IMG/VR virus record: IMGVR_UViG_3300047160_026157
Direction: 5' to 3' (one strand)
Source of the DNA: an uncultured virus (IMG/VR IMGVR_UViG_3300047160_026157)
Taxonomy: Duplodnaviria > Heunggongvirae > Uroviricota > Caudoviricetes
Length of the DNA: 20,000 nucleotides
A model generated the notes under the pieces. The model ran no database searches and was not told where the DNA came from. It saw only the letters and a list, made by a program, of their open reading frames with translations. Within the stretch, counting starts at the first letter, position 1. Each line of letters starts with the position of its first letter. The position numbers and the translations under genes are program-made. Below are positions 17,318 to 20,000 of the stretch, piece by piece.

Positions 17318-17569
17318 TCATCTTTCCTGAGAGGCTTGATCCACATAGGGCCCCCAGCGGTCCGCCTTGATCGTGTCGTTGCCGTTGACCCATTCCATCG
17401 CCATCCACTCGGCGTCGCAGAGGTCAGCGCACGCCCCGGTGGTGTAGATCACCGGGCCGCCGGCGCCCTTCTGGACGTTGGCGAACCACTGGCCGTCCCG
17501 GGGGAAGGTGACAATCGCGATCCGCGTCTTGCCCTTCTCCTCCTCGCTGTCGTCCTGGCACTTCTTCAT
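17318..17569 (-). CDS. Hypothetical protein (83 aa)
   Basis: AGGAGG RBS; ATG 17569 overlaps the upstream stop (ATGA). Confidence 0.65.
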   Translation of the reverse strand: MKKCQDDSEEEKGKTRIAIVTFPRDGQWFANVQKGAGGPVIYTTGACADLCDAEWMAMEWVNGNDTIKADRWGPYVDQASQER

Positions 17570-17847
17570 TGCGGCCTCCTCAGATACCAAAGGAACATCC
17601 CGCTGGGGCACTCCAGGACCCCGACCGGCCCGTCGAGGACATAGTCCACACAGTCGTGGTCGTGGCCGGGCAGGGGACAACGTCTCGGCCGGAGTTCCAC
17701 GCAGCGGTAAACCCCGCCGTGGCCGGTCGAGGCGGGGGCCCGGACCCAGTCGGGCTTGCCCCCGTCCCCGTGGATGAGATACTCGGAGGGGTCTTCCTGG
17801 CTGTGGTCCAGGGGACAGCCCGCGACCCTTTCGTACCAGAATGTCAT
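17566..17847 (-). CDS. Hypothetical Cys/His protein (93 aa)
   Basis: Purine-rich RBS and tight packing. Confidence 0.65.
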   Translation of the reverse strand: MTFWYERVAGCPLDHSQEDPSEYLIHGDGGKPDWVRAPASTGHGGVYRCVELRPRRCPLPGHDHDCVDYVLDGPVGVLECPSGMFLWYLRRPQ

Positions 17848-17851
17848 CGCT

Positions 17852-18055
17852 CTATCCCTTTCCGTCGCTGTAGCCGCACTTCGAGCAATGGCACCTCACC
17901 GGCAACGGTTTGGAGTCGTAGGACTTCCGCTTCACGACATGGCCGCATTCGAGCGTCAACCGCCACTCCTGGCGGTCGGCGGCCGCCACGGTCATCCACG
18001 CTGGCCGCGGGATGGCTTCCAGGTTCACCACCAGCTTGAGAGGCTTGATCCACAT
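17852..18055 (-). CDS. Small zinc-ribbon protein (LTLECGH..CHCSKC)
   Basis: LECGH..CxxC pattern; first gene after the AT-rich intergenic region. Confidence 0.65.
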   Translation of the reverse strand: MWIKPLKLVVNLEAIPRPAWMTVAAADRQEWRLTLECGHVVKRKSYDSKPLPVRCHCSKCGYSDGKG

Positions 18056-18138
18056 AGGGCGCCCCCAACGGTCGGTCTTGGTGAGCGGGCCGTCTACACC
18101 TTAGCTTATTCGCTCTGGGCGTGTTTTACACAAGGAAA

Positions 18139-18154
18139 TTCCAGGCGCCTGGAA
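18139..18154. promoter_or_regulatory. 16-bp perfect palindrome in a divergent intergenic region (putative operator)
   Basis: TTCCAGGCGCCTGGAA. Confidence 0.55.
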
Positions 18155-18230
18155 AATTGTGCTAGGTGAAGGGATGGGACCTGGGTAGATTTGACAGACC
18201 CTCTCGTGCCTCCAAGCCCCGAGCGCGCAC

Positions 18231-18776
18231 ATGCCGGTGACTCGTAGCTGCCGCACCGCCCTGCCCGCGGTCGGTCCTTACCCGGGGTGCCTGGCCGAGA
18301 AGAAGCGGCGGCAGTGCTGTCTCATCTGCGAGGACGCCGAGCCCTGCTCGGCTGTTCTCCGCCGGATCGACCGGCTGGATGACCGGCTCCTGGACCGTCT
18401 GGAGGCGGTCGGCTGGCGGGACCTGGAGGGGGTCCTCGAAGCGGCGAAAGCCCTTCTGCCCAGCCGCCAGCACGGCTACTACGAGGCCCCCCGGCCGCCC
18501 CGGCCGACCCGGGCCGAGCCGGGGTCCTTGCGGAAGCTCAAGGTCTTTCGCAAGCGGCTGCGCAAGGGTTACGCCCTGCACCACCCTGACGACCGGCGGA
18601 TTGCCCCGCCGGCCGGGGCCACTCAAAAGCATTCCGCCCGCTACAAGAAGGAGACCCAACCGTATGGCTGGAGCCACCGCAACGACGACGCCGACCACCA
18701 TGCTCCCCCTGGTGAAGATCACCCGGGACAAGCGCTGCCAGCCCCGGCAGATTTACGACCCGGCGGTGACCAGTGA
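18231..18776 (+). CDS. Hypothetical protein with N-terminal Cys cluster and PTRAEPGSLRKLKVFRKRLRKGYALHHPDD motif
   Basis: The motif PT.A.PGS..K..V...R...G..L.HP.D is recalled from Planctomycetota proteins. The 3' end overlaps the next gene. Confidence 0.65.
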   Translation: MPVTRSCRTALPAVGPYPGCLAEKKRRQCCLICEDAEPCSAVLRRIDRLDDRLLDRLEAVGWRDLEGVLEAAKALLPSRQHGYYEAPRPPRPTRAEPGSLRKLKVFRKRLRKGYALHHPDDRRIAPPAGATQKHSARYKKETQPYGWSHRNDDADHHAPPGEDHPGQALPAPADLRPGGDQ

Positions 18777-19347
18777 CTACGCCGCCGACCTCCAGGTCGG
18801 CGCCGAGTTCCCGCCCGTGGTCGTCTTCCGCGACATGGAGGGTGTCATCTGGCTGGCCGACGGCTTCTACCGCGTGGCCGCCTTCCTGGAGGCGGGCCGC
18901 TCGCACATCCCCGCCCAGGTCTGCCCGGGCGAGCTGTCCGACGCGGTCCTGTACGCGGCAGGCTGCAACTACCGCCACGGCTTCCGCCGCACCGACGGGG
19001 ACAAGCGGCGGGCCGTCATGATGGTGCTCAGGCACGAGGAGGGCAAGGTGTGGGCCGACGAGCGCGTCGCCGCCCACTGCCACGTCTCCTCCCCCCTGGT
19101 GGCCGGCATCCGCCTGACCCTGGAGGAGGGGGTGGAAGACGACCTGGACGATGACGAGGACGAGGACGATTCGGACCTCGAAGAGGAGCTGGACGAGGCC
19201 GAGCAGATCCTCAAGTGCAAGGGGCAGGTGCGGCGGCTGTGCGCCAAGCTGGACAGGCACGCCAGGACCCTGGGAACGACTACGGAGGCCCTCGTGCAGA
19301 TGTATCGCTCGGGCGAGCTGGAGCCGGTCGTCCTGGCGGCGAAGTGA
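18700..19347 (+). CDS. ParB/Srx-like N-terminal domain protein with HTH and acidic tract (alternative start 18664)
   Basis: QPR..YAADLQVGAEFPPVVVF..WLADGFYRVAA..GCNYRHGFRRTDGDKRRAV..WADERVAAHCHVS. Confidence 0.85.
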   Translation: MLPLVKITRDKRCQPRQIYDPAVTSDYAADLQVGAEFPPVVVFRDMEGVIWLADGFYRVAAFLEAGRSHIPAQVCPGELSDAVLYAAGCNYRHGFRRTDGDKRRAVMMVLRHEEGKVWADERVAAHCHVSSPLVAGIRLTLEEGVEDDLDDDEDEDDSDLEEELDEAEQILKCKGQVRRLCAKLDRHARTLGTTTEALVQMYRSGELEPVVLAAK

Positions 19348-19351
19348 CGCG

Positions 19352-19414
19352 CTCTCACACGAAGTGATATCACTTCGTGTGAGAGACAGGTCTCACACGA
19401 AGTGATATCACTTC
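19352..19414. repeat. 34-bp perfect palindrome plus a 24-bp partial second copy
   Basis: CTCTCACACGAAGTGAT|ATCACTTCGTGTGAGAG (19352-19385); TCTCACACGAAGTGATATCACTTC (19391-19414). Confidence 0.95.
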
Positions 19415-19425
19415 AGGGGAATTGC

Positions 19426-19857
19426 ATGTCTGAGCCCTCCGTCTCGCACCGCCGTGTCTGTTGCGTCCGCCTCCCCTCCGACGTGGACCGGGCCCTGCGG
19501 GCTCGCGCTGCCGGGGCGGGCCGGGGCTTTAACGACGAGGCGGTCGCCGCCCTCCGCGTGGCCCTGAACCTGCCGCCGCCCGAGCCCCGCCTCACGCCAG
19601 TGGAAGCGGCGGTGATGGCGCTCCTGGCCGCCCCGATTAGCGAGGTGGACTTCCTGGCCTGGTCGAACTTCCGCCGGCCGCCGCGGGGCGACGGCTGGCG
19701 GCCTTACTCCTACCTGGCGGACCGGGTGCCGGCCAGCCATGACCGGCGGCACAACGCCTGCGGCCGGGCCGTCCGCCGCCTGGAGCGGCTGGGGCTGGTC
19801 GAGGTTCGCTACCGGCGGGAGCGGGCCCGCTGGGTGAGGCAGAGGGGGCCGGCATGA
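19426..19857 (+). CDS. Arc/ribbon-helix-helix DNA-binding protein with a possible C-terminal winged helix
   Basis: VRLPSDVDRALRARAAGAGRGFNDEAVAAL; C-terminal RAVRRLERLGLVEV; AGGGGA RBS. Confidence 0.8.
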   Translation: MSEPSVSHRRVCCVRLPSDVDRALRARAAGAGRGFNDEAVAALRVALNLPPPEPRLTPVEAAVMALLAAPISEVDFLAWSNFRRPPRGDGWRPYSYLADRVPASHDRRHNACGRAVRRLERLGLVEVRYRRERARWVRQRGPA

Positions 19858-19865
19858 AAGCGGGC

Positions 19866-20000
19866 CTACTCCTCGCTGGTCGCCTCGTCCTCGCCAGGCA
19901 GCGGGAACAGCTCCGTCGTGGCCCGCGTGAGGCTCTTCGGCTGCTCGCCGTGCAGGTGCGCCCACATGGCCGTCTCGGCCAGCTGGTAGACCACGGTGGT
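19866..20000 (-). CDS. C-terminal end of a gene entering from the right (..VYQLAETAMWAHLHGEQPKSLTRATTELFPLPGEDEATSEE*)
   Basis: Open frame with high GC3 from the window edge to TAG at 19866-19868. Confidence 0.6.
   Translation of the reverse strand, partial: TTVVYQLAETAMWAHLHGEQPKSLTRATTELFPLPGEDEATSEE

Noticed and set aside
19352..19414. CRISPR or TIGR-like array
   Set aside because: Only two copies, a spacer of a few bp, and no cas or tas genes.

Overview
GC-rich 20 kb segment that reads as a phage or prophage. The host is most plausibly a Planctomycetota (Gemmata-like) bacterium; this is inferred from protein motifs recalled from memory, not from a search. Layout: (1) 1-2790 (+) tail-fibre and structural genes. 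(2) 2820-9401 (-) an operon of two Gly-Ser/Cys-rich probable virion proteins, a glycosyltransferase-like protein, a small Cys protein, a SAM methyltransferase and a radical SAM/SPASM enzyme. (3) 9525-12993 (+) membrane and secreted proteins, including a trypsin-like protease. (4) 13307-14597 a divergent C-protein-like XRE and beta-class DNA methyltransferase with no restriction gene, followed by a recombination scar. (5) 15.5-20 kb small early-type genes, a ParB-like gene and an Arc/RHH regulator. The most notable signal is a pair of related IS200/IS605-type elements, both in minus orientation and both inserted directly before a host ATG. One (11969-12320) is entirely non-coding. The other (15789-16700) carries a tandem zinc-finger HNH nuclease where tnpB would be expected. 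Both share an internal sigma70-like promoter and a ~150-nt leader with conserved motifs and an equivalent helix, which suggests an RNA-associated HNH mobile system.
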